Program-made: the position numbers and the translations under genes
The notes under the pieces: model-generated
The model's input: only the letters and a program-made list of their open reading frames with translations
The model's database searches: none
Told to the model about the DNA's origin: nothing
NCBI GenBank assembly: GCA_964630685.1
Contig: CAZVVW010000001.1
Coordinates: 30,236-94,235 of the forward strand
Direction: 5' to 3'
DNA from: an uncultured Methanosarcinales archaeon
GTDB taxonomy: Archaea > Nanobdellota > Nanobdellia > Woesearchaeales > BS150m-G63
Length of the DNA: 64,000 nucleotides
Shown here: piece after piece, positions 36,139 through 47,000 of the stretch
How positions within the stretch are numbered: position 1 is the stretch's first letter
Layout: each line of letters begins with the position of its first letter

Positions 36139-39100
36139 ATGAAAAAAGAAGAGATATTGAGAATTTTGGTAGTGTTTATTATTACAGGTATCCTGTTGAT
36201 GCCAGTCTCTTCTGCTGTTTTTTTGGGTTCTGTGAGTGTTTCTGGAAGTGATGGAATTCCAAATGTAAGGAGAGGACTTGATTATACAACAGTTAGTGTG
36301 CAAGTTAGTGATGTCGGCAATGGTAGTTTGCTTTCTCAATTGACTTTTGATACCCCTCATGGTTTTCATCAACCACCTGATAGTTGTGATGGTGGGACAT
36401 GTTATTTTACTTCTGATACTGGTTTTTTGGTTTCTAATGTTTATACTGCAACTGCAAATTATCCTGGAGTGAGTTCTGTTTCTGCATCTTTTGTTGCTGA
36501 TGGTGATGCGCCAACTACTGTTGAATTAACTGTTGGTCAAGAGAAGGATAAAGTTAAAGCTAATTATTATATGCACGATCCTGAGTATGGTGGAACTAAC
36601 ACTATGACTTGTTCAGGAATCACTAAATTAGAATTTTATGTTGATGGTGATTTAGATTCTACTGTTGATGTTGGTGCAGGGGAAGGTAATGGGACTAAAG
36701 TTTGTGAATATGAAGGAGAAGCTGAACTCACTGTTAATACTAATGGAGATCATGAAGTTTTTATTAAAAGTTATGATGCTTTAGATAATGTTAAGTCTTC
36801 TATTATTAGACCTTTTGAAACAGATTTTACTCCTGCTGTTATTAGTAATACTTTTAGTTTGTTTAAAGACGGTGTAGAAATGAATTATATTCGTACTGCT
36901 GGTGGTACTATTAATGATATTGAAGTGCGTTTTGAGATAAAAGAAGAAAGTGACCTTGTTTTACTCAAAGCTGATTTGAGTGAAGTGGGTGGGGGGGTTG
37001 ATGATGCAATCTATCCATATGCTTCTGGAAATTCAAATAATAAATGTTTATTTACAAGTGTTAATAGCACTTGGAATTGTAGATTTTATGTTAATTTGGA
37101 ATTGAGCAGTAATAATCCTTCTATCCATGTTAGTTTGGAGGACAAGTATGGGATTGAAGTTAGTCAAAGTCTTACTGGAGATTTTATCACTGATAATGAT
37201 AATGCTTCACTTAAATTTTTGGGAACAGATATTTGTTATGAAAATGTTTGTTATGTTAATAGTGACGAGGTTCGATTTATTGCTGAGTTATATGATAAAG
37301 GATCTGGTTTTAGAAATGAATTGATTGATGGCGGAAGAAACTTTATCTTTAATCTTGAAGATTTTGGATTGGGACAAGTGAATGCAGAGAACTGTACTCA
37401 ATCTGGAAGTGATTGGGATTGTTATTATGATACTGATTTGAGTGGAATTGGGTTAGTTAATGGTAACGAAAAAGAAATTTATATGTATTCTGCTTCAAAA
37501 GATGATGCTGGAAATCCAATTACTGAAAGTGATACTGTCAATAGAACTGTGATTGTAGATACACTTGCACCTGAAAAGTATGGAGCTGTGGTTGTTCAAG
37601 AATCTCTTGGTGGAAGAACAGATTGGTTACAAGAAGGTGATAATCTTGATTTTATAATTAATTTTGTTGAAGATGAAAGTGTAATATTAGCTGAAAATGC
37701 ATTTGCTGATTTTTCACAAATTGTTGGGGATGATGAGCCAGATCTTTATACTAATGTTACTGCTGAAGAATGTGGGGAAGGTGTGCTTACAGAAATTATT
37801 GTTGATACTGAAACTAATGAAACAGAAGAGCATATATTGTATGAATGTAGGTGGAATGTTGAAAATGTAGCCCCTACTGGAAGTGCTGAATTTGATAAAG
37901 TTACTTTTTCAGTTAGTGATATTGCAGGAAATTCTGTTGATGAAGAATATTATGTTTGGATATTGACAATTTCTACTGAAGAAAATCCTAATTATTTTGA
38001 ATATGGAGTTATGGCTATAAGTCCTCCAGCAGTAGATCGAAGGGCAACAGATTTAGTTGATTATAGTGTTTTTGTACAATTAGGGATAGAAGAATATTTA
38101 CCTACTTCTTCTGGCATGCAAGCAATTCCTTTGAAAGTGGATAAAAATACTGTAATTTGTGTTGGAGAATATTTTGCAGGAGAACCAACAGTGTTTGGAA
38201 ATACTATGGTTCCTGGAAATTTTACTGTTATGCTTGATATTGCTAAAGGAGATTATAATAATGTAAGTGAAGTTGAATTTAATTGTTCTTTTGAAGTGAT
38301 ATCTCAATATGAAAATTTTATATCTAACCCAGAGAATGAAAGTGTTGTTGTGGTTATAGACTTATTTGATAGTGTTTATGATCCTTTAGGGGATGCATTT
38401 CTGAAAAAAATAAAATCTAATACAGTTATATTGAATAAGTTTAGTGATTGGATTGTTAAATTAGATGATTTTATCACTAATTTGAAAAGATGGTGTGGTA
38501 TTTCTGCTACTTTTGCTAAATTAGATCAAACCATTTCTGCAATAGATACTACGTTACTTTCAGCGGCTTTAGCAGTTTATGTAGTTCCAGGATTACAGGG
38601 AGTTGCAAAAGGGATATGGGAACCTTATCATAACACTGTTGTTTGTAATTTTAAAAAAATACAGCAAAAACTGACATTATCTGCTACAGGTTTAAATGGA
38701 ACAGTGCCTTTTATAGGTAAAACATGTGCATTTGTTCAATGTGATAAATGTTGGGGGTGGGGTTCAGATACTATAGGTGGAGCTGTTGATAAGATAAATG
38801 ATTTTATGGATGATAATGCGGTAAATGAGGTGATTACTGCGTGGAATGAAGATATACTTGGCGCAGGAGGAAATCGTTCTTTGAAGAGTACAGGTTTCCC
38901 TTCTATGGGTAAATTTGGTTTTCCAGGACAAGATGATAGTATTATAATGGCACTAACTTGTGGATGTGTTCCTGCCATAGTTCATTTCCTTGCTAAATAT
39001 ACTCAGATAGAATGTACTTATGTTAGTTGTATGTTTGAGATGGCTGCACAAGGAGCACCATTTGAACATTGTCAACGAGATAAAAAAGTAGGTACATGTA

Positions 39101-39513
39101 AATTTATAATTGGTCCATTTTTAGATGCAATGCCAAATCCTTTTGCATATCTTGGACAAATTATGGATTGGGTTAAAGATTTAATTGAAACCGCCCCTGT
39201 TAGAGCACTTAGTATGGGAATGGGTTATGCATGTCAAAAATATAATGAGGCATATAAGAAAGTCAATGTTCCTTGTGAATCTTCTTTGGAGAATATTGTC
39301 AAAAATGGGTGGCTTGTTGCTTGTGGTGCTAGTGAGGCTCTTATGAAATGGGATCAGAATCAAGCTACTTGGGATTGGTTAGCTAATCCAGGCGATTGGA
39401 AATTAGGAGATTTTTTCCAATCAGAAGCTGCAAGTTGGCAAGAAAGTGATAATTGCTTAGATAATCCCGCAGTAAAAGATATAATTGAGAGGATGGGTGA
39501 AATAGAAGATTAA
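36139..39513 (+). CDS. Giant secreted Cys-rich protein (1124 aa), paralogue of 24187..27348 (shared N-terminal modules and C-terminal Cys-rich domain)
   Basis: Signal MKKEEILRILVVFIITGILLMPVSSA; motif sharing described above; TATA-like ttttatatataatt ~45 bp upstream. Confidence 0.6.
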   Translation: MKKEEILRILVVFIITGILLMPVSSAVFLGSVSVSGSDGIPNVRRGLDYTTVSVQVSDVGNGSLLSQLTFDTPHGFHQPPDSCDGGTCYFTSDTGFLVSNVYTATANYPGVSSVSASFVADGDAPTTVELTVGQEKDKVKANYYMHDPEYGGTNTMTCSGITKLEFYVDGDLDSTVDVGAGEGNGTKVCEYEGEAELTVNTNGDHEVFIKSYDALDNVKSSIIRPFETDFTPAVISNTFSLFKDGVEMNYIRTAGGTINDIEVRFEIKEESDLVLLKADLSEVGGGVDDAIYPYASGNSNNKCLFTSVNSTWNCRFYVNLELSSNNPSIHVSLEDKYGIEVSQSLTGDFITDNDNASLKFLGTDICYENVCYVNSDEVRFIAELYDKGSGFRNELIDGGRNFIFNLEDFGLGQVNAENCTQSGSDWDCYYDTDLSGIGLVNGNEKEIYMYSASKDDAGNPITESDTVNRTVIVDTLAPEKYGAVVVQESLGGRTDWLQEGDNLDFIINFVEDESVILAENAFADFSQIVGDDEPDLYTNVTAEECGEGVLTEIIVDTETNETEEHILYECRWNVENVAPTGSAEFDKVTFSVSDIAGNSVDEEYYVWILTISTEENPNYFEYGVMAISPPAVDRRATDLVDYSVFVQLGIEEYLPTSSGMQAIPLKVDKNTVICVGEYFAGEPTVFGNTMVPGNFTVMLDIAKGDYNNVSEVEFNCSFEVISQYENFISNPENESVVVVIDLFDSVYDPLGDAFLKKIKSNTVILNKFSDWIVKLDDFITNLKRWCGISATFAKLDQTISAIDTTLLSAALAVYVVPGLQGVAKGIWEPYHNTVVCNFKKIQQKLTLSATGLNGTVPFIGKTCAFVQCDKCWGWGSDTIGGAVDKINDFMDDNAVNEVITAWNEDILGAGGNRSLKSTGFPSMGKFGFPGQDDSIIMALTCGCVPAIVHFLAKYTQIECTYVSCMFEMAAQGAPFEHCQRDKKVGTCKFIIGPFLDAMPNPFAYLGQIMDWVKDLIETAPVRALSMGMGYACQKYNEAYKKVNVPCESSLENIVKNGWLVACGASEALMKWDQNQATWDWLANPGDWKLGDFFQSEAASWQESDNCLDNPAVKDIIERMGEIED

Positions 39514-39514
39514 G

Positions 39515-40252
39515 ATGGTTGAAGAAATAAAAGGGGTAGGTGAAACTTCGTTTGCACGCCCAAATGATGAAGAATATAAGGGTTTACCTATTGCTCCAAC
39601 TAGCGAAGAACATAAAGAGCATATAGCTCCACCTACAATGGGGGAATATAAAGAACATATTGAACCTCCTCATCCACATGAAGTTGGGATGTCTGTATTT
39701 GGACATCATCACATATCTTTATTGATTATTGCGCTTGTTGTAGTGATTGTTGGAGTGATGGTTGTTTGGTTTTATCCTGGCGGTGAAGATGTGAGTGATG
39801 TTGGAATTACTGGAAGTGTTATAACTATTGAAAATTTGAGGTTAGTTGATGATGCTGAAGGTGGAGGATATGTAGATAGGAAGAATAACCTTTATGATTT
39901 TAATGAACCTTTGAATAGGCGTGTTGGGGTGTTGTGGGATATAAAAGGAAATATTGGAGAGCTTCCAGAAGGTAGTGTTCCCATAATTACTCTCACTATT
40001 AAACATACTATCTTAGTAAAAGAACAATTTAGTGATGATGAGTATTCTCCTTTAAGTGATTTAAAGGATATTCAAAGAGTTGATACAGAGCTTGATGAAA
40101 ATAATAATTATTTTAGTCCCCATGGAGCGTTTACTGGGTTTGATGAACTTCAAGGGGTTGGAAATTATAAGGTGGAAATTGTTGCAATAGATGAAAAAGG
40201 CGTTGAAATCAGAGATGAATTAGAATTTATGCTTGGAGAATGGAAAAACTAA
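39515..40252 (+). CDS. Type II membrane protein with His-rich N-terminal repeats (E[EH]YKEHI.PP) and extracellular C-terminal domain
   Basis: Single TM (ISLLIIALVVVIVGVMVVWFY); starts 2 nt after the upstream stop. Confidence 0.4.
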   Translation: MVEEIKGVGETSFARPNDEEYKGLPIAPTSEEHKEHIAPPTMGEYKEHIEPPHPHEVGMSVFGHHHISLLIIALVVVIVGVMVVWFYPGGEDVSDVGITGSVITIENLRLVDDAEGGGYVDRKNNLYDFNEPLNRRVGVLWDIKGNIGELPEGSVPIITLTIKHTILVKEQFSDDEYSPLSDLKDIQRVDTELDENNNYFSPHGAFTGFDELQGVGNYKVEIVAIDEKGVEIRDELEFMLGEWKN

Positions 40253-43200
40253 GAATTAATAGGAATTTAGTATTATTAGGGGTTTTATTAGTTGTATTTG
40301 TGCTATTCTCTGGGTTAGTTAATGCAGCATGTTATAATTATGAAAACAATTGCAAAATTACTGGTGGTAGTGGAGATATATATACTCAACCAAGGTGTAG
40401 TGATACTGTTCCAGGAGTGAAAGAAGTTCCTCAATGTGGAACGAGTGATACTACTAACCAATATGGTTGTGGATTCGATAATTCTCATAAAAAAGAAGTT
40501 ATGGTGGATTATAGTTATTGTCAGCTTAAATCAAATCCTGGAGCCGGAGATCCAACAGAATGGGTATTGTTAGAAGATGTTATGATTGAAGAAGGGGGAA
40601 CTAAAGTGTTTTATCCAAGAGAGAATAAATATGGAGAATACTCCCCAAAATGTTTAGCTAATGGAAAAACAATTCAATATTCTAAAAAACATATTAGCGG
40701 ATATTATGGTAATCTGGCAAATAGTGTAAATGATTATAATGCTCAAGAGACCTGTTTAGATAATTCTTTTTGTTATTATAAATCTGGTTTTGGAACTGAA
40801 GTGCGTTGTGGTGAATGTGAACTGGATAATAATTTTGTTTGTACTGATTACAGTACTGTCGATAGGGGGGGCAATCCAACTCATAAAGTTTATCCAAAAA
40901 GGGTTGTTGGTGAGTCTATATCTCACAATCAAATAAAACATTCAAAATGTGTGCAAGGAAAATGTAGTGATACATTAACTGAGGTAAATACTTGTGATTA
41001 TGCTTTTGTTAAAGTGAATCTTGGTCAAGGGAATAATGGATATGTTTGTGGAACTGCTGAATGTAAACCAGGATATATTGATAGAGATTGTGAAGAACCT
41101 TATATTGATGGGGAAGAGATTAAATTTAGGATAAAAAAGAATGAAAAAATTTTAGATAGTGAATTGAAATATTATATTTGTGATTCAAATCAGGAATGTG
41201 TTGTGGAAAATGTTTATGATTGTGGAGAAAATAAAAAATCTAGTGATGGTGGTACTGATGAAAATGATCCTGGCTCAAGATGTGAAGAGCCGAGTTGTCG
41301 TAAAATAGGTTTTTTAGAGAAGTTTTGTGAAACAAAAGTTGGAAATGATTGGAAGAAAGTGTATGATGGAACAGAATCAAGAGAATCTTTTTGGGGCATT
41401 GATAGGGTTCCTACAGCAAAATGTGTTGATGGTGTGTGTGTTAAAGATGAAAATAATATGATTGTTAAAGAAAATAAAGTTGTTTGGTTAGATGAAACAT
41501 TGGATTTGCGTTTTTTGGATAAGTGTGTTAAAGTTGGAGATACTGTTAAGTTATTTCCCATTCATGATTTCGGAGACTTTTTTATAAATTATTTTGTGTC
41601 TAATGAACATATATCTCCATCAATGTATGCATTGGATGAATTAAATCCATCAAATGATATAGATAATAATGTAAAAAAAGTGAAAGTTTATTCTTGCAAA
41701 GAAAGTACTGGGCTTGATTTAAATGTTGATTATGAATGGGTTAGTTTTAGGGATCATTCAGAAGAACTTAAAAATTGTGATGGGAATGATGAGAGAGTGT
41801 GGGTGAGTGCTGATAAGACTAAATTTATTTGTCAACCAAATATAAATACTAATGGTGGAGATTCTAGTACAACTGATGGAACTTGGGATAGTTGTGGAGT
41901 TATAACTTCTGGAAATGATGTAGGATATGCTCGTACATGTGAGAGTGGGAAATATTGTGAGATTGGTGAGTATGGATGTAAACCTTTTAGTGTTATACTT
42001 TCATTTGAAGGTGGATTTAAACAAAATAATCATAATAATCCTATTGAGATAAGCATAAAAAGAAGTGATGGGGGGTATGGTCAAACTTATACTAAAGACG
42101 GGAAAGATTTACATGAAGCTGATTTGACTCAATTTACTGGATTGGGATTCACTCATCCAGGAGATTATACATTAAAAGTAAGTGCTCAAGGATATCAAGA
42201 TAAAGAGTTTTCTTTTACTATTTTAGATGGACAAGATGCAATAACTGCTGGTTCTTATGGAGCTAATTATATTAACAATGTAAGATTGGATTTTTTAGAT
42301 GTTATGAGGGGAACAGAGGTTGTTAGCTGTAAATCAAATGAAAAAATATTTTATGATCCAGAACATGTGTTAGAAGAAGCTGGTTGGTTAAGTAAGTTTG
42401 GAAGTGTAATAACTTTTGGGTGGATAAGTGCAGATGATACTACGGGAGAAGTGTTTGCTTGTGTTCCTAAATGTATTAAGGTTGAGGGAGAACATAGTGT
42501 ACAAATACTTGACCAACAGGCAACAACAAAATATAGTCCTATTCCTTCTATATTTACCACCCCACCTGTTTATGATAAACAAGAGATTGTGATTCCTGCC
42601 CCTATCCTTGCAGGATGGAAAACTAAAGAACTTGAATGTGATAGTAATGGTATGGCTGTTAGAGGTGTTATAGAAATAATATGTCCAGATACTGCTAAAC
42701 CTGTTTATAATTCTGATACTAATAAGGTTGACTGTGTTGAAACTTGTGAAGATGTTGCATATGAAGGTTCAAGTAGTTTGGGTACTCATACTTGTAGAGA
42801 TTTGACTGAAAGCGTTGCTATAAAAAAAGAATTAGACAATTTAAATTATAATATGTATAAATGTAAAGAAGGTAATTGTGAATTAGATGACAGTTTTAAA
42901 TTTCAATGTACAGGGGTAACCACAGGTACTGCAACTATTGAGGTAGAAGAAGATCATTATGTTTGTGTTGAAAAACAAAGTTGCGACCCATTAGGAGGGA
43001 GTAATGTTAATAAATGTGATGGAACTCAACAAAGCTGTGGTTGTAGTTTAAGTAATATTTGTATTCCTTGTGATGCACATGAAGTATGTGTACAAGATAG
43101 TACAAATTTGTATGAATGTAAGGGTACTAAATTAACTATTTTATTGCCTGCAGGGATTACTTGTAAAAATGTAGTGTCACATGAAGGGATAGGCTTAAGT

Positions 43201-44085
43201 TTAGTCATGTTTCCCTCAAATTTGGAGGAGGATAGATATGAAATAAATAAGATTCCTGATAAAACTAGTTTTTCAATTAATTTTGCAAAAGGAGACAGGT
43301 CATCACAAGTTCAGGGTATTACTAATTTTGATGAAAATGGAGAACAGGTTTTCACTGTGACTGGTTTAGAGAATCTTGCTGGGTTTGTTGGAACACAAAT
43401 AGAAGGAATGAGAGTTTTGAGTAATAGGATCTTATTTGGTGGCAAACCAACTGTAGGGAAAACTCGGACTGAATTATGTGAAATTGCTAAAACAGAGTTT
43501 AAAGAAGAAGTGAGTGCTAAAGTTAAAGAAATAGAGAGTGAAGGAGTTACATTTCCTTATCAAGATTATGATGTTGAATCATTAAAGCCAAGCATTTGGG
43601 GAGATATATGCAGACTTTATGAGATTACATCTGCCCAAAAACAAGTTGCGTTGGATATTCCCAAATTAACACGTATTAAAGTGAAAAATAATGCAGGTTC
43701 AATAAATACTTTCACTGGATGGAGTAATATAAAGCCAATTCTTCAGAGCAGTTATGGGGAAACAATATTACTTGATTCAAGTAGTGCAAATAATGCATTA
43801 CAGTGGTTTAGGGGATGTATGAAGATTGATGAAACTGTTGATGATATAAGGCAACAATTGTGTGTATATGATGGGGATAAAACTATTCCAGGATGTATTG
43901 TTGTGATGGAGATGAGGTGGGCTGGCGATACTACTGTTGCTGGTGGTTTGAGTGATACTAATTATAATGAGTTAGTTTTTGAACTAAAACATAATGGAAA
44001 TAGGATTTGGGGTCCTCATTCAATAAAAGACCTTGAAATAACTGAAGATATAACACAAGATTCAACTCTTGCTTGTAGTAGTTAA
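40240..44085 (+). CDS. Giant secreted Cys-rich protein (1281 aa) with many CxxGxC / EGF-like-spaced Cys modules
   Basis: Signal peptide; overlaps upstream stop. Confidence 0.5.
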   Translation: MEKLRINRNLVLLGVLLVVFVLFSGLVNAACYNYENNCKITGGSGDIYTQPRCSDTVPGVKEVPQCGTSDTTNQYGCGFDNSHKKEVMVDYSYCQLKSNPGAGDPTEWVLLEDVMIEEGGTKVFYPRENKYGEYSPKCLANGKTIQYSKKHISGYYGNLANSVNDYNAQETCLDNSFCYYKSGFGTEVRCGECELDNNFVCTDYSTVDRGGNPTHKVYPKRVVGESISHNQIKHSKCVQGKCSDTLTEVNTCDYAFVKVNLGQGNNGYVCGTAECKPGYIDRDCEEPYIDGEEIKFRIKKNEKILDSELKYYICDSNQECVVENVYDCGENKKSSDGGTDENDPGSRCEEPSCRKIGFLEKFCETKVGNDWKKVYDGTESRESFWGIDRVPTAKCVDGVCVKDENNMIVKENKVVWLDETLDLRFLDKCVKVGDTVKLFPIHDFGDFFINYFVSNEHISPSMYALDELNPSNDIDNNVKKVKVYSCKESTGLDLNVDYEWVSFRDHSEELKNCDGNDERVWVSADKTKFICQPNINTNGGDSSTTDGTWDSCGVITSGNDVGYARTCESGKYCEIGEYGCKPFSVILSFEGGFKQNNHNNPIEISIKRSDGGYGQTYTKDGKDLHEADLTQFTGLGFTHPGDYTLKVSAQGYQDKEFSFTILDGQDAITAGSYGANYINNVRLDFLDVMRGTEVVSCKSNEKIFYDPEHVLEEAGWLSKFGSVITFGWISADDTTGEVFACVPKCIKVEGEHSVQILDQQATTKYSPIPSIFTTPPVYDKQEIVIPAPILAGWKTKELECDSNGMAVRGVIEIICPDTAKPVYNSDTNKVDCVETCEDVAYEGSSSLGTHTCRDLTESVAIKKELDNLNYNMYKCKEGNCELDDSFKFQCTGVTTGTATIEVEEDHYVCVEKQSCDPLGGSNVNKCDGTQQSCGCSLSNICIPCDAHEVCVQDSTNLYECKGTKLTILLPAGITCKNVVSHEGIGLSLVMFPSNLEEDRYEINKIPDKTSFSINFAKGDRSSQVQGITNFDENGEQVFTVTGLENLAGFVGTQIEGMRVLSNRILFGGKPTVGKTRTELCEIAKTEFKEEVSAKVKEIESEGVTFPYQDYDVESLKPSIWGDICRLYEITSAQKQVALDIPKLTRIKVKNNAGSINTFTGWSNIKPILQSSYGETILLDSSSANNALQWFRGCMKIDETVDDIRQQLCVYDGDKTIPGCIVVMEMRWAGDTTVAGGLSDTNYNELVFELKHNGNRIWGPHSIKDLEITEDITQDSTLACSS

Positions 44086-44086
44086 G

Positions 44087-47000
44087 ATGAAGAATAAATT
44101 AATGGTTGGAAAGAGAAGTTTGATTTTATTAGTGCTAACAATATTCTTATTTATGAATCTTGAAGTGGTGTTTGCTACACCATCAATTCCACCATTACCT
44201 CCAATTAATTTAAATACTATAACAAATAGAGATGTTACTATTGGAACTTATGATATTTCTTCAAATAATGATCCTATTGGAGGCATTAAAGTTTCTTTTA
44301 CAGGAGATTCTATATCTCAAGATGTTTCTTGTACAACTAACAATCAAAATCCTGGAAAAGGTACATGTAAAATTATTCTTCCTGTTGACTCTTATACTCT
44401 TACATTTGAAGAAGGATTGAATTACGAGCTGGATAGTTCGACTAGTTCTTTAGTTCTAGATGTTCCTGAGACTGGAAGTTCAACATTTAATTATATGTTT
44501 AATCAAGTTACTACAGGTACACTTAAAGTTGAAGGGGTGAAAGAGAAGTTAATTAATGGGCAAGAAAATTCTTTAGCAGGTGCACAGATAACTTTAAAGG
44601 ATGATCAAGGAACCTCTGTTGTGGGAGTTAGTGGAACTACAGATGCTAATGGTGGGGCGTCATTGACTGTTGCTGAAGGTACTTATACTGTTATTGCAAG
44701 TAAAGATGGATGGGTAACTACAGAAAAAACAGGGGTGGTTATTACTGCTAATCAAGATACTGTGGTTAATAATATTCCTGCTTTAGATAAAGAAAATAAT
44801 CTTCAATTGAGATATTTGATTGTTAAAGATGATGGTTCTAATACTCCTATTAATGGAATTGAATTATATTTTGAAGGAAATGTTGTTGGAACTAGTGGTT
44901 CAAATGGTAGATTAGAATCGACTATTCAAAGCGTAAATCTTAAACCTATTTTGACATTTAAAGGAAATGGGTATGATGATAAAGATGGGACACCTAGTGC
45001 TGATTTGAGTTATAGTGGCTGGAATGTTTTTGAAGGGGTAAATGCTATTCAGATGGTTAAATCTGCGCCGGTTCTTCCTGCTTGTCTTAGTGTGATTAAA
45101 AAGATGAATGTTACTGCTGATCTCTTAGATGCGTATAATATAAAAGATACTAGTGGAACTAAAAATGGCACTATTCCTAAAGGAACTTTAGTTGATATAT
45201 GTGAAATTGATGGGGATTGGACAAAAGTTAAATCAGGTTCAGGTGTAATTGTTGGATGGGCTAAAAGTGAAGGACTTGAGGATATTGTTGCACCGCCTTT
45301 GAATTTATTAGTAAAAGTTAAAGGAAAAAGACAAGATAACACTGAATTTAATATTAATGAGCAAGGTAAGATATTTGTTGATGGTGTTAAAAAACATGAT
45401 GGAGTAATAGATACTAGTAATCCTACATCTATTGGGGTTAATTCTGCTGAACATACCATTAAAGTTGTTATGAATGGTAATTCCAGATTTGAAGAAGCAA
45501 GTGTAGATAAAACAAAAATGGAAATTGATTTGCTTACAGCTGCTAATACACCCTTAACAATATTAGTTAATGAAAAACCAGGTAATTTAGGGAATATTAG
45601 TGTTACTGTGAAAAATGAAACTGGAGCTTTTATTACAAACGCGGTTGTTAAAATACAATGTTCTGGATGTAATGAAATTGATTTGACTTATATATCTAAT
45701 GGGGTGTATAAAGCAGAAAATGTAGGTATTGGGACTTATAAATTGATTGTGAGCACTGGTACTAATTACCTTCCTTTTGAAAGAGCTAATGTGATTGTTA
45801 GTGCAGGTATCTTAACTTCTATTACTGATGTTGAACTTCTAAAACCTTCAAAGTATGTTGATTTTAAGGTTGTTGTTAAAAATAGCACTAATACTGGAAT
45901 TCCTTTACAGGATGTACTTGTTAGCATACCTCTTTATAATTCAAAGGAAATTACAGATGACCAAGGAAAAGTAACTTTTACTGGATTGGGAAGGGGAGCT
46001 TCAGTAGAAATATCTGCTGAAAAAGAAGGGTATTTTATGATTCCTGTTACTAAAATAGTTGGAGATACTGAAATTACTTTAACTATGAATTTAGTGGGTG
46101 CTATGACAGGACGATTAGGAATAAGTGTTTTTGATGAAGATGGAAAATGTGTTGAGTTGGTTAAAACAGATTTAAAATTAACTGATATTAATAATATGAA
46201 TCCATATCTAAAACAAATAGGTAGTTTAAATAAAGATAATACTTATTGTGGTAAATATTCTTGGTTTGTTTGGAACAATGTTCCTAGTGGCGAACACACA
46301 TTATTGATAACAAAACAAGGATATGATGATTATACTACTTCGATAACTATTACTCCTGGTGGAAGTATGGTTGTTAAAAATGTTATATTGAAGGGTGTAG
46401 TAGGAGATCAATGTAGTGATGATGAGAAATCAAAATGTATTAATGATAATAAATATGTTGAATGTAAAAAAATAGCAGGAGTTCGTAAGTGGGATCTTTC
46501 TAATGAAATAGAATGTGGAGAAGAAAAATTTTGTGTAGATAAAATTGGTTCTTTAAAACGTAAAGCTAATTGTGTTAAAGAAGAAAACAAGTGTGCTTCA
46601 GATGAAAGTGCTAATTATTGTGCGGTAGAATGTACAGGAAATTCTGTGTCTTATAAAAACGGATTATTTGGAACTGGGAATGAACATTGTAAGGCTCTTT
46701 ATGATGATAAGAAAAGGTGTTGCCTTACTGAAGAAGAGGTAGGAAATTTAGATACTAAAGCAGAACAAGAAACGCTTGGAACAGGAGAATGTTCTAAAGC
46801 ACAACAAGGATATCATAGATGTTATGCTGATCAATTACAGAAATGTAGTGGTTCATGGTATACTCTAGGATTGGCTAATCTTAAATGGAAGCAAAAAGAA
46901 GAATGTCCAGTAAATACGCATGTTTGTACTGTTTCAGATAATAAATTAGATGGGGCATGTGTTAAAAAATCAAGAGTTTGTGATATGAAAGGAAATTTAC

